DNA of 64,000 nucleotides. It comes from a virus. Below, one piece after another: positions 55,317 through 63,650 of this stretch. The stretch's first letter is position 1; each line of letters starts with the position of its first letter. A program made the translations under genes and the position numbers. The stretch lies in the IMG/VR virus record IMGVR_UViG_3300045988_073134; one strand, 5' to 3'. Under the pieces are notes generated by a model that was given only the letters and a program-made list of their open reading frames with translations, ran no database searches and had not been told where the DNA came from.

Positions 55317-56000
55317 TTAAAATTCATCATCTACAACTCTACGTCTTCTACTCTCCCTTCTAGGTGTCTCATCACGTCTACTTGGAGCAGGTTCAACATC
55401 ATTATGAGCTTTATTACCGCCCCAATCATATATGCCATCTACAATATCTATCATGTCAGCTTTACTTACTTTTGTAATATATGTTCCTTCTATATTGACC
55501 TTCTCAGGAAAATCTTCTAGTCCTTTACCATCTTTTTCTAATGCAAACATCTCATAAGTAGTATTAGTATCACCTTTTTTACCTTTTCTCTCAATCTCGA
55601 TAGGACGCTCAACTAAGCTACCGTATCTATTCAAGAAACTTACTATTTTACCTACAAAGTTTTTACCTCTCTCCCAAACTTTAAGCTTGCCATCAGTTTC
55701 GTCATATAATTGTAGGAATAATTTTTCCTGTGTTCTATACCCAGCTTTACATAATGGGCAATCATCTTTGTGTATATGTCCATCTTCGTCCACTGCTAAG
55801 CAACTTACATATTTTCTTACTTTTTTACCGTTAACTTCAATTTCTATTTGGTGTACTAAAAAGAAGTCCATATCTCCACCTTCTGGGTCAGTATATAACA
55901 TTCTTACTTGTGCAATATCACCATCATCTTTTAGTGTAAAGTATTCACTTGAACCAACGTTTGTAAATTTACCTGCATCCTTTATATTTATTTTAGCCAT
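55317..56000 (-). CDS. Putative ssDNA-binding protein (phage type, zinc-containing, acidic tail)
   Basis: 227 aa with HIHKDDCPLCKAG and a C-terminal RRESRRRRVVDDEF tail. It sits between replication genes. Confidence 0.45.
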   Translation of the reverse strand: MAKINIKDAGKFTNVGSSEYFTLKDDGDIAQVRMLYTDPEGGDMDFFLVHQIEIEVNGKKVRKYVSCLAVDEDGHIHKDDCPLCKAGYRTQEKLFLQLYDETDGKLKVWERGKNFVGKIVSFLNRYGSLVERPIEIERKGKKGDTNTTYEMFALEKDGKGLEDFPEKVNIEGTYITKVSKADMIDIVDGIYDWGGNKAHNDVEPAPSRRDETPRRESRRRRVVDDEF

Positions 56001-56035
56001 TTAACACCACTCCTTATTTTTTATTTATTTAACTT

Positions 56036-56072
56036 ACATATATAGTATAGAAAACCAGGTTATTTTACTAAC
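56036..56072 (-). promoter_or_regulatory. 37-bp promoter motif copy P9
   Basis: The + strand reads acatatatagtatagaaaaccaggttattttactaac. Confidence 0.55.
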
Positions 56073-56080
56073 CTGGTTTT
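56047..56080 (-). terminator. Terminator hairpin embedded in P9
   Basis: The minus strand reads AAAACCAGGT-TAGTAAAATA-ACCTGGTTTT followed by CTATACT. The stem is 10 bp. Confidence 0.55.
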
Positions 56081-56088
56081 TAAACTTT

Positions 56089-56457
56089 TTACATATTAAA
56101 ATCATTTAGTGGCTCTTCGCTAAGTATTATATTAACCATTGTTTCGTATCCAAGCCAAGCTAATGTATCTACATGAACTTCTTCTTTAGGGTCTAAATAT
56201 ACTTTAGCTTCATTATATATGTCTAATATTTCACTTAAATGTTCTTTTACAAATTCTTTACACTCGTCGTAGTAAATTAAATTTGGTATTGCTGAATTAA
56301 TGCCACCATGTTTATATACATTCATTAAATAATTTTGTACTTCTTCGTCTGTATCACATTTATCCAATACATCTTCAATTACATATGCCATTAAACCACT
56401 TTCAGTAGTATTTAACATTCTCCATAAATCTTTTTTAGTTACTGCCATATAACTCAC
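56089..56457 (-). CDS. Hypothetical early protein
   Basis: 122-aa acidic protein. Confidence 0.5.
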   Translation of the reverse strand: MSYMAVTKKDLWRMLNTTESGLMAYVIEDVLDKCDTDEEVQNYLMNVYKHGGINSAIPNLIYYDECKEFVKEHLSEILDIYNEAKVYLDPKEEVHVDTLAWLGYETMVNIILSEEPLNDFNM

Positions 56458-56463
56458 TCCTTT

Positions 56464-56649
56464 TTATAAATATAAATCATATAAATCTTGTTCAGCTTCT
56501 TCTACAGTTTTATATGAACATCCATTAACTAATTCACCAACTGTACCAAAGTTATCACTGATTTTATTTTGTCTATAAATGTAATATTTATTATCCATCC
56601 AATGTTGTTCAATATAGAATACACCTTTTTTACTTTCATATGTTTTCAT
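56464..56649 (-). CDS. Hypothetical early protein
   Basis: 61 aa and the first gene after early promoter E2. Confidence 0.5.
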   Translation of the reverse strand: MKTYESKKGVFYIEQHWMDNKYYIYRQNKISDNFGTVGELVNGCSYKTVEEAEQDLYDLYL

Positions 56650-56688
56650 CTAACTTCAACTCCTCTTTTCTTATCTTTTATTAACATA

Positions 56689-56717
56689 ATTATACATCTA
56701 CTTATATAATTATACAA
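56689..56717 (-). promoter_or_regulatory. Sigma-A-type early promoter E2 (TTGTAT-17-TATAAT)
   Basis: The minus strand reads TTGTAT AATTATATAAGTAGATG TATAAT, inside the 66-nt element 56667-56732 shared with E1. Confidence 0.55.
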
Positions 56718-56755
56718 CACTTTTTTGAAAAATTTTTTTTAATTTTTTTTCAAAT

Positions 56756-56791
56756 AAAAAAGATAGGTCAATAAAATGACCTATCTTTTTT
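56756..56791 (-). terminator. Strong (bidirectional-looking) terminator downstream of nrdJ and upstream of E2
   Basis: aaaaa-agataggtc-aataaaat-gacctatct-ttttt. Confidence 0.65.
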
Positions 56792-56880
56792 CTATTTATA
56801 ATATAATTTATAAAACATTAACATTGACATTCTTAGTCTTGTTATACTCTTAAACATTTGTTCATTCATATAATCACCCC

Positions 56881-59031
56881 TTAATCACATTTTGTATATC
56901 CACATTCAGGACAACTATTACATCCACCAGTGAAGTTTAATTTGGCTCCACATTCAGGACAATTATTTACTGTCATTTCTTCTCGCTTAAGTTCTCCAGT
57001 ACTCATCTCAATGTGGTCTTCAATATATCTTTGTTTTAATTCCATTAATGCTCTTCCTATTGCACTTGGACAACATTTACCAGCACTGGTATCTTTTTTC
57101 AACGCAGTTCTAACAGAATAAGATGGACAAGCAGGAACACTATTTAATTGGTCGCATATACCTTCTACTGTTCCACCTAATTTACCTGCATAACTTATCA
57201 TTCTACTAAGTCCTATCATGAAACTATTACATCCACCTTGACTACCCTTATCTAAGAAGATATGACATAGCTGACCTGTTTTCTTATGGAAGTATACTGA
57301 CATCCATAAACTACCACATCCAGTTGTTAGTTGAGTACCATATGCTACACAGTTATCAATAGATGTGTCAGTTATTGGTATGTGTATAGTATTCTCTGTT
57401 GTTTGTTCTTTTGGTTTATCTACTACTAATACACCTTCCTTTTTACAACCGGCTCTATAAATTGTTAACCCTTTACAACCTTCTTCCCATGCAGCTTGGT
57501 ATAAATCTCTTATAGTTTCAACAGTTGTATCATTAGTAACGTTAACAGTACTGCTTATACTAGCATCAATAAATCTTTGCCATTGTGCTTGTATTGTAAC
57601 TCTGTCAAACGGGTCTATATTTTGAGCAGTGGCTATAGTACTTACATTTTCCTCAGATATTACTCCTGTATCAATCATCTTTTGTATTATTGGAGTATAT
57701 ACATTATAATATATATCTTCTCCATGTAGGGATTGAGTTTTTCTTGTATAATGTGTAGCAAATATTGGTTCTACTCCACCACTAACTCCTAACATTGTAC
57801 TTATGCTTCCAGTTGGCGCTATTGTGAATAATTGAGAATTTCTAAGGCCATAACGTTTTATCAAATCAATTGTATTATCTTCAATAACATTACTATTTCT
57901 TAATACGGTTATAAAAGTACTTGCTAGTATTAAACGTAGGTCACATTCAGGGAAGGATTCAGTATCCATAGCTAGTAGAGCACTTTCCTCTAATCCTGTA
58001 TTAACTAAAGTTTTACCTATTATCTCAATTATATCAAGTGCTCTTGATGAGTCATATTGACATCTCATCTTTAGTAACATATCAGCAAACCCCATAATAC
58101 CAAGTCCTATTTGTCTCCAATCACGTACGCTGTTTCTTTGTTCTTCTAATGGATGTAATTCTAGTCCTTCATCTAACACATCATTTAAGGCACGTATCGC
58201 TATTCTTACTGCACTTTTGAACTCAGGTATATTAAAGGCAGCTTTATCTGTAAATGGGTTTTCTACAAATTCACTTAAGTTTAATGCTCCTAATAGACAA
58301 CTACCACCTGCCGGTAATGGTTCCTCAGCACAAGGATTTACTCCTGCATATTCAAAATATGCAAATTCATCTAATAAGTTATAACGTTTTATTGTGTCCC
58401 AGTACAGTATGCCAGGCTCTGCCCAGTCATAATTATTTAATGCGATATGGTCTAATATATCAGGTTTATTTTCCATATCATCATCACTCATACGTACTGA
58501 GATATTACATTTTTCTAATTTGTTATCTAGTTTAGCATCTATAAAGTCATGTATATCAGGATGACTACTGTCCATACTTATCATCAAGGCTCCACGTCTC
58601 CCATTCTGACCAATAACTCTCGCAGTTTGTTCCAAGACATCCATAAATGAGACTGCACCACTAGTTGTAAGAGCTGCATTATGTACCTCTGCTCCTTTTG
58701 GTCTTAATGTACTAATATCAACACCACATCCACCACCATAGCTAAATGTACGGGCTAACTTCATTGCAGCCTCATATATACCCTCGATACTATCATGTGG
58801 AGGTTCTATTACATAACAATTACTGTAAGTTACACCTCTGTCTGTAATACCTCTATTACTAAGTATTCTACCACCAAATAAAAATTTCTTATCCACTATC
58901 AGTTGAGCAACTTGTGTATCTCCACCACTAACTCTCTCTAGCCAGTCTTCAAAACTTTCACCATTGCGTTGATATTTTTTCTTCCAAATATCTTCTCCTA
59001 ACTCACTTAATTTCCAATCTTGTAGTTCCAT
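56881..59031 (-). CDS. nrdJ: Class II (adenosylcobalamin-dependent) ribonucleotide reductase
   Basis: 716 aa in a single chain. N-terminal WKKKYQRNGESFEDWLERV, GGGCGVDISTLRPKGA, NPCAEEPL, and a C-terminal CPECG...CNSCPECG zinc ribbon. Confidence 0.75.
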   Translation of the reverse strand: MELQDWKLSELGEDIWKKKYQRNGESFEDWLERVSGGDTQVAQLIVDKKFLFGGRILSNRGITDRGVTYSNCYVIEPPHDSIEGIYEAAMKLARTFSYGGGCGVDISTLRPKGAEVHNAALTTSGAVSFMDVLEQTARVIGQNGRRGALMISMDSSHPDIHDFIDAKLDNKLEKCNISVRMSDDDMENKPDILDHIALNNYDWAEPGILYWDTIKRYNLLDEFAYFEYAGVNPCAEEPLPAGGSCLLGALNLSEFVENPFTDKAAFNIPEFKSAVRIAIRALNDVLDEGLELHPLEEQRNSVRDWRQIGLGIMGFADMLLKMRCQYDSSRALDIIEIIGKTLVNTGLEESALLAMDTESFPECDLRLILASTFITVLRNSNVIEDNTIDLIKRYGLRNSQLFTIAPTGSISTMLGVSGGVEPIFATHYTRKTQSLHGEDIYYNVYTPIIQKMIDTGVISEENVSTIATAQNIDPFDRVTIQAQWQRFIDASISSTVNVTNDTTVETIRDLYQAAWEEGCKGLTIYRAGCKKEGVLVVDKPKEQTTENTIHIPITDTSIDNCVAYGTQLTTGCGSLWMSVYFHKKTGQLCHIFLDKGSQGGCNSFMIGLSRMISYAGKLGGTVEGICDQLNSVPACPSYSVRTALKKDTSAGKCCPSAIGRALMELKQRYIEDHIEMSTGELKREEMTVNNCPECGAKLNFTGGCNSCPECGYTKCD

Positions 59032-59052
59032 ATAACTACCTCCTTTGTATTT

Positions 59053-59086
59053 AAAAAGTCTTACTATATATAGTATAGTAAGACTT
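59053..59086 (-). terminator. 13-bp perfect palindrome around the -10 of P10, followed by a T-run
   Basis: The minus strand reads AAGTCTTACTATA-CTATA-TATAGTAAGACTT followed by TTTAAAT. Confidence 0.45.
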
Positions 59087-59100
59087 CGGTTTTTACTAAC
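59064..59100 (-). promoter_or_regulatory. 37-bp promoter motif copy P10
   Basis: The + strand reads ctatatatagtatagtaagacttcggtttttactaac. It lies upstream of nrdJ. Confidence 0.5.
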
Positions 59101-59698
59101 TTAATAAATAATTTAATTTCTTTTGAAGTGCACGTCTAATTCCAACAACACCTGCAGTACTAACTCCAATTTCCCTTGCCATGTGAGATTGTTGTAAGTC
59201 ACACATATGGTCAAGTGCTACCATACAATATTGTAATTGTTTTTCAGATAAATCTTCCTTATGTACTAAGTCAGATAATTCAACTTTGTCATATTCATCT
59301 TCAACACTTGCTTCCTCCCATCTATCTTCAGTTGTCTCATAACAACTCATTGGAGTACATTGGTCGCCGTTGTTCGCTTTACGTTTATTACTTGCATTAC
59401 TTTGTGTTAGAGTTCTAAGAGCATTCTTGATATAAACACATATCATAGAAGTTAATTTACCACTAGTACTCTTTTCAGCATCAAAGTTTTCAAAACATTT
59501 CCATATTTGTTCTAATATTACACTTGTAACTTCATCATCACTTACACCAACGTATTTTTTACTTACTTGATAAAATAGACTCTTATTTGTCTCAAATACA
59601 TATGCAATAACTTCATCATGAAAACCTGCTTGGTAATCTCTAACTAATTCCTCATCAGTGTGTTTTAAACCATAAACTTTAACTACATCTTTAAACAT
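59096..59698 (-). CDS. Sigma-factor-like protein (region 2-like N-terminus, region 4-like HTH)
   Basis: 200 aa. C-terminal SHMAREIGVSTAGVVGIRRALQKKL is HTH-like. The N-terminal VILEQIWKCFENFD segment is region 2-like. It is the first gene after early promoter E3. Confidence 0.5.
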   Translation of the reverse strand: MFKDVVKVYGLKHTDEELVRDYQAGFHDEVIAYVFETNKSLFYQVSKKYVGVSDDEVTSVILEQIWKCFENFDAEKSTSGKLTSMICVYIKNALRTLTQSNASNKRKANNGDQCTPMSCYETTEDRWEEASVEDEYDKVELSDLVHKEDLSEKQLQYCMVALDHMCDLQQSHMAREIGVSTAGVVGIRRALQKKLNYLLS

Positions 59699-59746
59699 AC
59701 ATCATTCCCCCTGAACTGTTTTTTTTATTTACTTTTTATACTTATA

Positions 59747-59775
59747 ATTATATAGACCTTTATATAATTAATCAA
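59747..59775 (-). promoter_or_regulatory. Sigma-A-type early promoter E3 (TTGATT-17-TATAAT)
   Basis: The minus strand reads TTGATT AATTATATAAAGGTCTA TATAAT. It overlaps the inverted repeat TAATTATATA-N6-TATATAATTA. Confidence 0.55.
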
Positions 59776-59782
59776 CCATTTT

Positions 59783-60781
59783 TTATAAATTTATTGGAGA
59801 AATTTTTAAATTGTCAAATTCAGTGTCTAAATCGTTGATGTCTCTACTATCTAAATAGTTTACTTTACTCAGTAACTTAGTCTTTCCTAAATGATGTAAT
59901 AATTTTCTACTACCATTCTTGCCAGCTTCGTCTGGGTCTAGTGCTATTATATAATGTCTTATAGGCAATTTATTCAACATAGAATACTGATTTCCTCCTC
60001 CAGTACCAAATATACATATAGCGGGATGACCTAACTTCCAAAGAGTTAACATATTAAATGGAGATTCCACTATATATACTGGCTGTCTATATAATTTCTG
60101 TCTCAGTATCTCACTTGCTCCCAGTAGGTAATCAGTTTTATTTATGCCACTTGGTATATAATATCTCTTACCTATAATACTTCTACGTTGTATCCACTTT
60201 ACTTCACCTTTTAAGTTGGTAACTGGGATAGTTATACAATCATCTTTTCTGTCATACCCTATGTCGAACTGTTCTATTATATCATCGGTCAAACCTCTGT
60301 TATACATATAACCAACAGTGTATCTATAACCTTGTAACACCTCCTCAGGGACGTTTGGTAGCTCCTCTTGAGTAATTGTTCCTCTGCTTAAATTTAGCTC
60401 CACCTTGCGGGTTTTATGAGTTAGACCTGTATTATATTGAGCCTTAATCCATTTATTCCCAAATACTCCACCATCGTTATAGCCAAAGCAAGAACTAATA
60501 AAACTTATCAGTGATGCAGTATAGCCACAAGTAAAACAATGTACTGTGCCAGGTTCTATTATTTTAGTACCCTGATACTTTGGAACAATAGAAACCCCAC
60601 AAGAGGGCTTTCGTTCATGTCCATCTTTATGTACTGGACAAGTTATCATGATGTTATCTCCTGTGGGTTTTATATCATTCAATAAAAATATTCCATTACT
60701 CATCAAACTACCTTTTAAATCAATTAATAACTGTTGATACGTTGTATCAAGTTCCATGCCATTTACATTAATCATCTTCAC
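59783..60781 (-). CDS. dnaG: DNA primase (zinc finger plus Toprim)
   Basis: CPVHKDGHERKPSC...HCFTCG, Toprim YIVESPFN, and ALDPDEAG. The track start at 60781 is a GTG, and ATG 60775 is an alternative. Confidence 0.75.
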   Translation of the reverse strand: MKMINVNGMELDTTYQQLLIDLKGSLMSNGIFLLNDIKPTGDNIMITCPVHKDGHERKPSCGVSIVPKYQGTKIIEPGTVHCFTCGYTASLISFISSCFGYNDGGVFGNKWIKAQYNTGLTHKTRKVELNLSRGTITQEELPNVPEEVLQGYRYTVGYMYNRGLTDDIIEQFDIGYDRKDDCITIPVTNLKGEVKWIQRRSIIGKRYYIPSGINKTDYLLGASEILRQKLYRQPVYIVESPFNMLTLWKLGHPAICIFGTGGGNQYSMLNKLPIRHYIIALDPDEAGKNGSRKLLHHLGKTKLLSKVNYLDSRDINDLDTEFDNLKISPINL

Positions 60782-60926
60782 ATAACTCCCATCTACTATG
60801 GTCTTCTATCCACTCGTCTAAGCATTCAGTGCTGCAAAAGTTTAATTCCTTATAACCACAATAATCTGGTAGTTCTAATACTAAATAATCCCAATCTAAT
60901 CTTTCTTCACATTGTTCACACTTCAT
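60768..60926 (-). CDS. 52-aa zinc-ribbon-like protein, below the ORF-track cut-off
   Basis: MKCEQCEERLDWDYLVLELPDYCGYKELNFCSTECLDEWIEDHSRWELCEDD. RBS GGAGGGG at 60932-60938. Confidence 0.45.
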   Translation of the reverse strand: MKCEQCEERLDWDYLVLELPDYCGYKELNFCSTECLDEWIEDHSRWELCEDD

Positions 60927-60928
60927 AT

Positions 60929-61084
60929 TTACCCCTCCTGTACTTTATATAATAAATCAAATAGTGGGTCTAGGTGCTCAAATACTAAATCACCTTCATC
61001 CACTGCTTTATTTATGAGCCATTTTAATTCTCTTACTAAATCTTTTTCAATTTCCATTTCTCTTATTTTTCTACCAGTTAACAT
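60929..61084 (-). CDS. 51-aa hypothetical protein, below the ORF-track cut-off
   Basis: MLTGRKIREMEIEKDLVRELKWLINKAVDEGDLVFEHLDPLFDLLYKVQEG. RBS AAGGAG at 61094-61099. Confidence 0.45.
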   Translation of the reverse strand: MLTGRKIREMEIEKDLVRELKWLINKAVDEGDLVFEHLDPLFDLLYKVQEG

Positions 61085-61097
61085 ATAATCAACTCCT

Positions 61098-61134
61098 TTA
61101 AATATATTATATTATATTTCTATAATTTACTAAC
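61098..61134 (-). promoter_or_regulatory. Degenerate 37-bp promoter motif copy P15 (-10 is TATAAT)
   Basis: The minus strand reads GTTAGTAAATTATAGAAATATAATATAATATATTTAA. It has the same end-to-end length as the other copies and abuts the RBS of 60929..61084. Confidence 0.35.
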
Positions 61135-61144
61135 TAACAATTTT

Positions 61145-61187
61145 AAAAAAGAAAAACCCCTGACATTGTCCGCTCCAATGCCAGGGT
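61145..61187 (-). terminator. GC-rich intrinsic terminator closing the short unit started at P11
   Basis: The minus strand reads CCCTGGCATTG-GAGCGGA-CAATGTCAGGG followed by GTTTTTCTTTTTT, with one A/C mismatch. Confidence 0.6.
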
Positions 61188-61241
61188 AAAAAAGGGGAGT
61201 TATATTATGAGTAGAAGAATGTGCCTCCACATTTCCTCTAC
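61147..61241 (-). ncRNA. Candidate ~95-nt small RNA or attenuator (P11 to terminator)
   Basis: It lies between a full motif copy and a terminator and has a 5' hairpin AATGTG-GAGG-CACATT. The only ORF is a 10-codon MWRHILLLII whose ATG is 1 nt from a GGA-rich patch. Confidence 0.3.
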
Positions 61242-61276
61242 ATATATAGTATAGAAAAAAGTGCCATTTTACTAAC
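61240..61276 (-). promoter_or_regulatory. 37-bp promoter motif copy P11
   Basis: The + strand reads acatatatagtatagaaaaaagtgccattttactaac. It contains the dnaB stop codon. Confidence 0.5.
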
Positions 61277-62571
61277 TAAAAAACATCAGTAACGTCATTT
61301 ATTTTATTATTATTTCTAAGTGGTAATTGTGGCTCAATCTCAGCTCCATCTTCCAGTTGTTCAGTCACAAAGGAAAATATACCGTTGTCTATGTCCCACA
61401 CATATAATAATTGCTTATTATTTTCTCCATATCTATTCTTAGTTATTTTAAGACTCAATCCCGCTTTAGTCTGTACTAAAGAAATTACTCTACTGCTATT
61501 CTGAGCAATACCATCACTCTCGCCTATGTCTGCTAATTCAGGATTCTCAGGTTTATCAATGTCCGCCTTGTTTCTATTTGCTTGAGCATCAACTATAATT
61601 GGAATACTAAATTCAGTACTCATATTAAATAAATCTTGTGCAATATGAGTGTACTGAGTTCTTGTTTGGTCTCCCTTTGCTCGTCTCTCATCTTCCATTA
61701 ATGATATTTGGTCAATACCAACTATGTCTGGTTTATACTCTTTTATAAGAGCACGTAGTTTGCTCACTGTTAACATTTTTCCACCAAAGTCTACTGGTGT
61801 TACTACTATATATGGAGGTAATTCTTTATTGTTCTCTAAGTCATTAATATATTGAGTATAATCTCCATCTGCTATTGTACCTCTCATTAATTGAGAGTTT
61901 GTGTAGTTCATACCTAAAGTATCATTTCTATACGCCACTTGTAATACTCCCATCTCACCACTATAATGTAATACTTTTTTATGTTGTTTATTTGCCTCTG
62001 TTAGAAACTTTTGTAATAGCCAAGATTTACCTTGGTTTACTCTACCAACTATAGTCACTAATTCTTCACCTGGTAGCCATCCATTAAGTATCTTATCTAG
62101 TTCAGGTAAGCCACTACCAATTCCTAACATACCGCCTTTAGCACGTTTATTCTCTAAGTCCTTTATTTTCTCATCAACCATGTTGTTAATATTTACACCA
62201 TTACTTTGAACAGTTTGGTCAAGTAGTCGTTGTGCCCTTGTGACTATATGTTGTAAGCCATCAAAAGCATTCTGTTCTAATACATCACCACTAGCTTGAA
62301 ATAGTGCCACTCCTTGGTCAAATAGATAGTTTTCTTTTAGATTATAAATAATATATTTTAGTGGCTCTAATACTTCAACAACATCAAAGTCAGGAAATTT
62401 TCCCATGAATGTTTCCCAGTCAGGTACTTTTCCATAAGTTCTAAAGTGAGTACATATAAAATCAAACTCATCTTGATAGTCTTTAAAATACTCTTTTGTT
62501 ATCCCTTGACTCGTATATGCGTCTAAATTATTATTATTCAGTATATCATTTATAGCTTGTAACTGTACCAT
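61276..62571 (-). CDS. dnaB: DnaB-family replicative helicase
   Basis: 431 aa with Walker A GRVNQGKSW, Walker B IVGIDQISLM, and a DnaB-like N-terminal domain. Confidence 0.8.
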   Translation of the reverse strand: MVQLQAINDILNNNNLDAYTSQGITKEYFKDYQDEFDFICTHFRTYGKVPDWETFMGKFPDFDVVEVLEPLKYIIYNLKENYLFDQGVALFQASGDVLEQNAFDGLQHIVTRAQRLLDQTVQSNGVNINNMVDEKIKDLENKRAKGGMLGIGSGLPELDKILNGWLPGEELVTIVGRVNQGKSWLLQKFLTEANKQHKKVLHYSGEMGVLQVAYRNDTLGMNYTNSQLMRGTIADGDYTQYINDLENNKELPPYIVVTPVDFGGKMLTVSKLRALIKEYKPDIVGIDQISLMEDERRAKGDQTRTQYTHIAQDLFNMSTEFSIPIIVDAQANRNKADIDKPENPELADIGESDGIAQNSSRVISLVQTKAGLSLKITKNRYGENNKQLLYVWDIDNGIFSFVTEQLEDGAEIEPQLPLRNNNKINDVTDVF

Positions 62572-63284
62572 TATATTCTCACCCCTTTTGGTTTCCTTTG
62601 TGTTTTGTTGGTGAATTCAACTATCGTGCTTGTATCTAATATTCTACTCGACAATCTACCTCCAATATTATCATCTAATTGCTCATCAATAACATTACTT
62701 GTAAATATGTTAGCTTTGTTATTGACTATACGCGGATTGATTAAGCTGAATAATATTTGATGGTCATATTCTTTTAACTTAGTTACTCCTATGTCATCCC
62801 ACACTATTAAGTCTACAGTTGGTATTAATTTCTCCATTTCTTCTAATCTTATATCAGGTCGTTTTATCGCATTTCTTTTGGCCATTAAGAACTCATCTAC
62901 ATTTATAAATAGTCCTCTACAACGAGTGCCATTACCATTCCAAATATTACTAAAATATTTACTCATCAACTTTATTGCCCACGTAGTCTTGCCATTACCA
63001 AAGTAAGGACTATATAGATACAAGTTACATCCATCATGTACAAAGTCATTGATATTTTCTTTTATACTATTAAGATACTCATACTTTTTAATATCATTAC
63101 CTGCACTCAACTTCAAATCCTCAGGCTGTTGTTTATTTGGTGGAATATTAGCTAAGTTAACTAAATAATAATATTGAAAATATACACTACAGCTACAATT
63201 ACAATCTTTTGTGCCATACATAGGGCAGTTAGTTCTAAACCAACATTTATCTTTAATAAATTTAAATTCTTTTACATCATACAT
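62571..63284 (-). CDS. DnaC/IstB-like helicase loader ATPase with a Cys-rich N-terminus
   Basis: Walker A YFGNGKTTWA and Walker B LIVWDDIG. ATGA-type coupling to dnaB. Confidence 0.6.
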   Translation of the reverse strand: MYDVKEFKFIKDKCWFRTNCPMYGTKDCNCSCSVYFQYYYLVNLANIPPNKQQPEDLKLSAGNDIKKYEYLNSIKENINDFVHDGCNLYLYSPYFGNGKTTWAIKLMSKYFSNIWNGNGTRCRGLFINVDEFLMAKRNAIKRPDIRLEEMEKLIPTVDLIVWDDIGVTKLKEYDHQILFSLINPRIVNNKANIFTSNVIDEQLDDNIGGRLSSRILDTSTIVEFTNKTQRKPKGVRI

Positions 63285-63299
63285 ATGTAAAACCTCCTT

Positions 63300-63336
63300 T
63301 TATCTATAGTATAGTAAAAAATGCACTTTTACTAAC
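63300..63336 (-). promoter_or_regulatory. 37-bp promoter motif copy P12
   Basis: The + strand reads ttatctatagtatagtaaaaaatgcacttttactaac. It abuts the RBS of the loader gene. Confidence 0.5.
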
Positions 63337-63338
63337 AT

Positions 63339-63377
63339 AAAAAAACCCTCGATACCAAAGGGGGTAGGTACCGAGGT
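63339..63377 (-). terminator. GC-rich intrinsic terminator closing the short unit started at P13
   Basis: The minus strand reads CCTCGGTACC-TACCCCCTTT-GGTATCGAGG followed by GTTTTTTT. It has the same 5 bp / A-C mismatch / 4-5 bp layout as 61145-61187. Confidence 0.6.
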
Positions 63378-63434
63378 AAAAAACAAATAGATATTAAGGG
63401 TTGAGTATATAAGGAGGTTTCCCATATTCCTTAC
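63341..63434 (-). ncRNA. Candidate ~95-nt small RNA or attenuator (P13 to terminator)
   Basis: The architecture is the same as 61147-61241. The 5' end AAGGAATATGGGAAACCTCC resembles AGAGGAAATGTGGAGGCAC of the other unit. There is no credible ORF. Confidence 0.3.
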
Positions 63435-63469
63435 ATATATAGTATAGAAAAAATCATTGTTTTACTAAC
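63433..63469 (-). promoter_or_regulatory. 37-bp promoter motif copy P13
   Basis: The + strand reads acatatatagtatagaaaaaatcattgttttactaac. Confidence 0.5.
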
Positions 63470-63473
63470 TTTA

Positions 63474-63512
63474 AAATAAAAAAATCCCAACGGGTTACCA
63501 AGCCGTTGGGAT
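63474..63512 (-). terminator. Strong intrinsic terminator (10-bp stem)
   Basis: The minus strand reads ATCCCAACGG-CTTGGTAAC-CCGTTGGGAT followed by TTTTTTTATTT. Confidence 0.65.
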
Positions 63513-63650
63513 ATATTTGGGGATTGTTAATAATTTCTTATTAGTTGGTTATATGAAGTTAATCACCTACTCTCTTATTATACACTATTGGGTCATATAA
63601 GAAAATAATAAAAATTAAAATAATATAAAAATAATTTAATAATAAGTTAC
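63476..63650 (-). ncRNA. Candidate ~175-nt non-coding transcript (P14 to terminator), 5' half almost pure A/T
   Basis: There is no ORF longer than 3 codons with an RBS. The span 63601-63648 is almost pure A/T with one G. An alternative reading is an origin or DNA-unwinding region. Confidence 0.25.

Noticed and set aside
56792-56869. 25-codon ORF (MNEQMFKSITRLRMSMLMFYKLYYK) in the nrdJ 3' region
   Set aside because: The RBS-like GGGGTGA is only 4 nt from the ATG, the peptide is low complexity, and the ORF ends at the terminator. It is more likely 3' UTR.
61157-61186. GC-rich structured patches (also 63347-63376) as tRNA genes
   Set aside because: They are single ~30-nt hairpins followed by T-runs. 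There is no cloverleaf, T-loop or anticodon arm.
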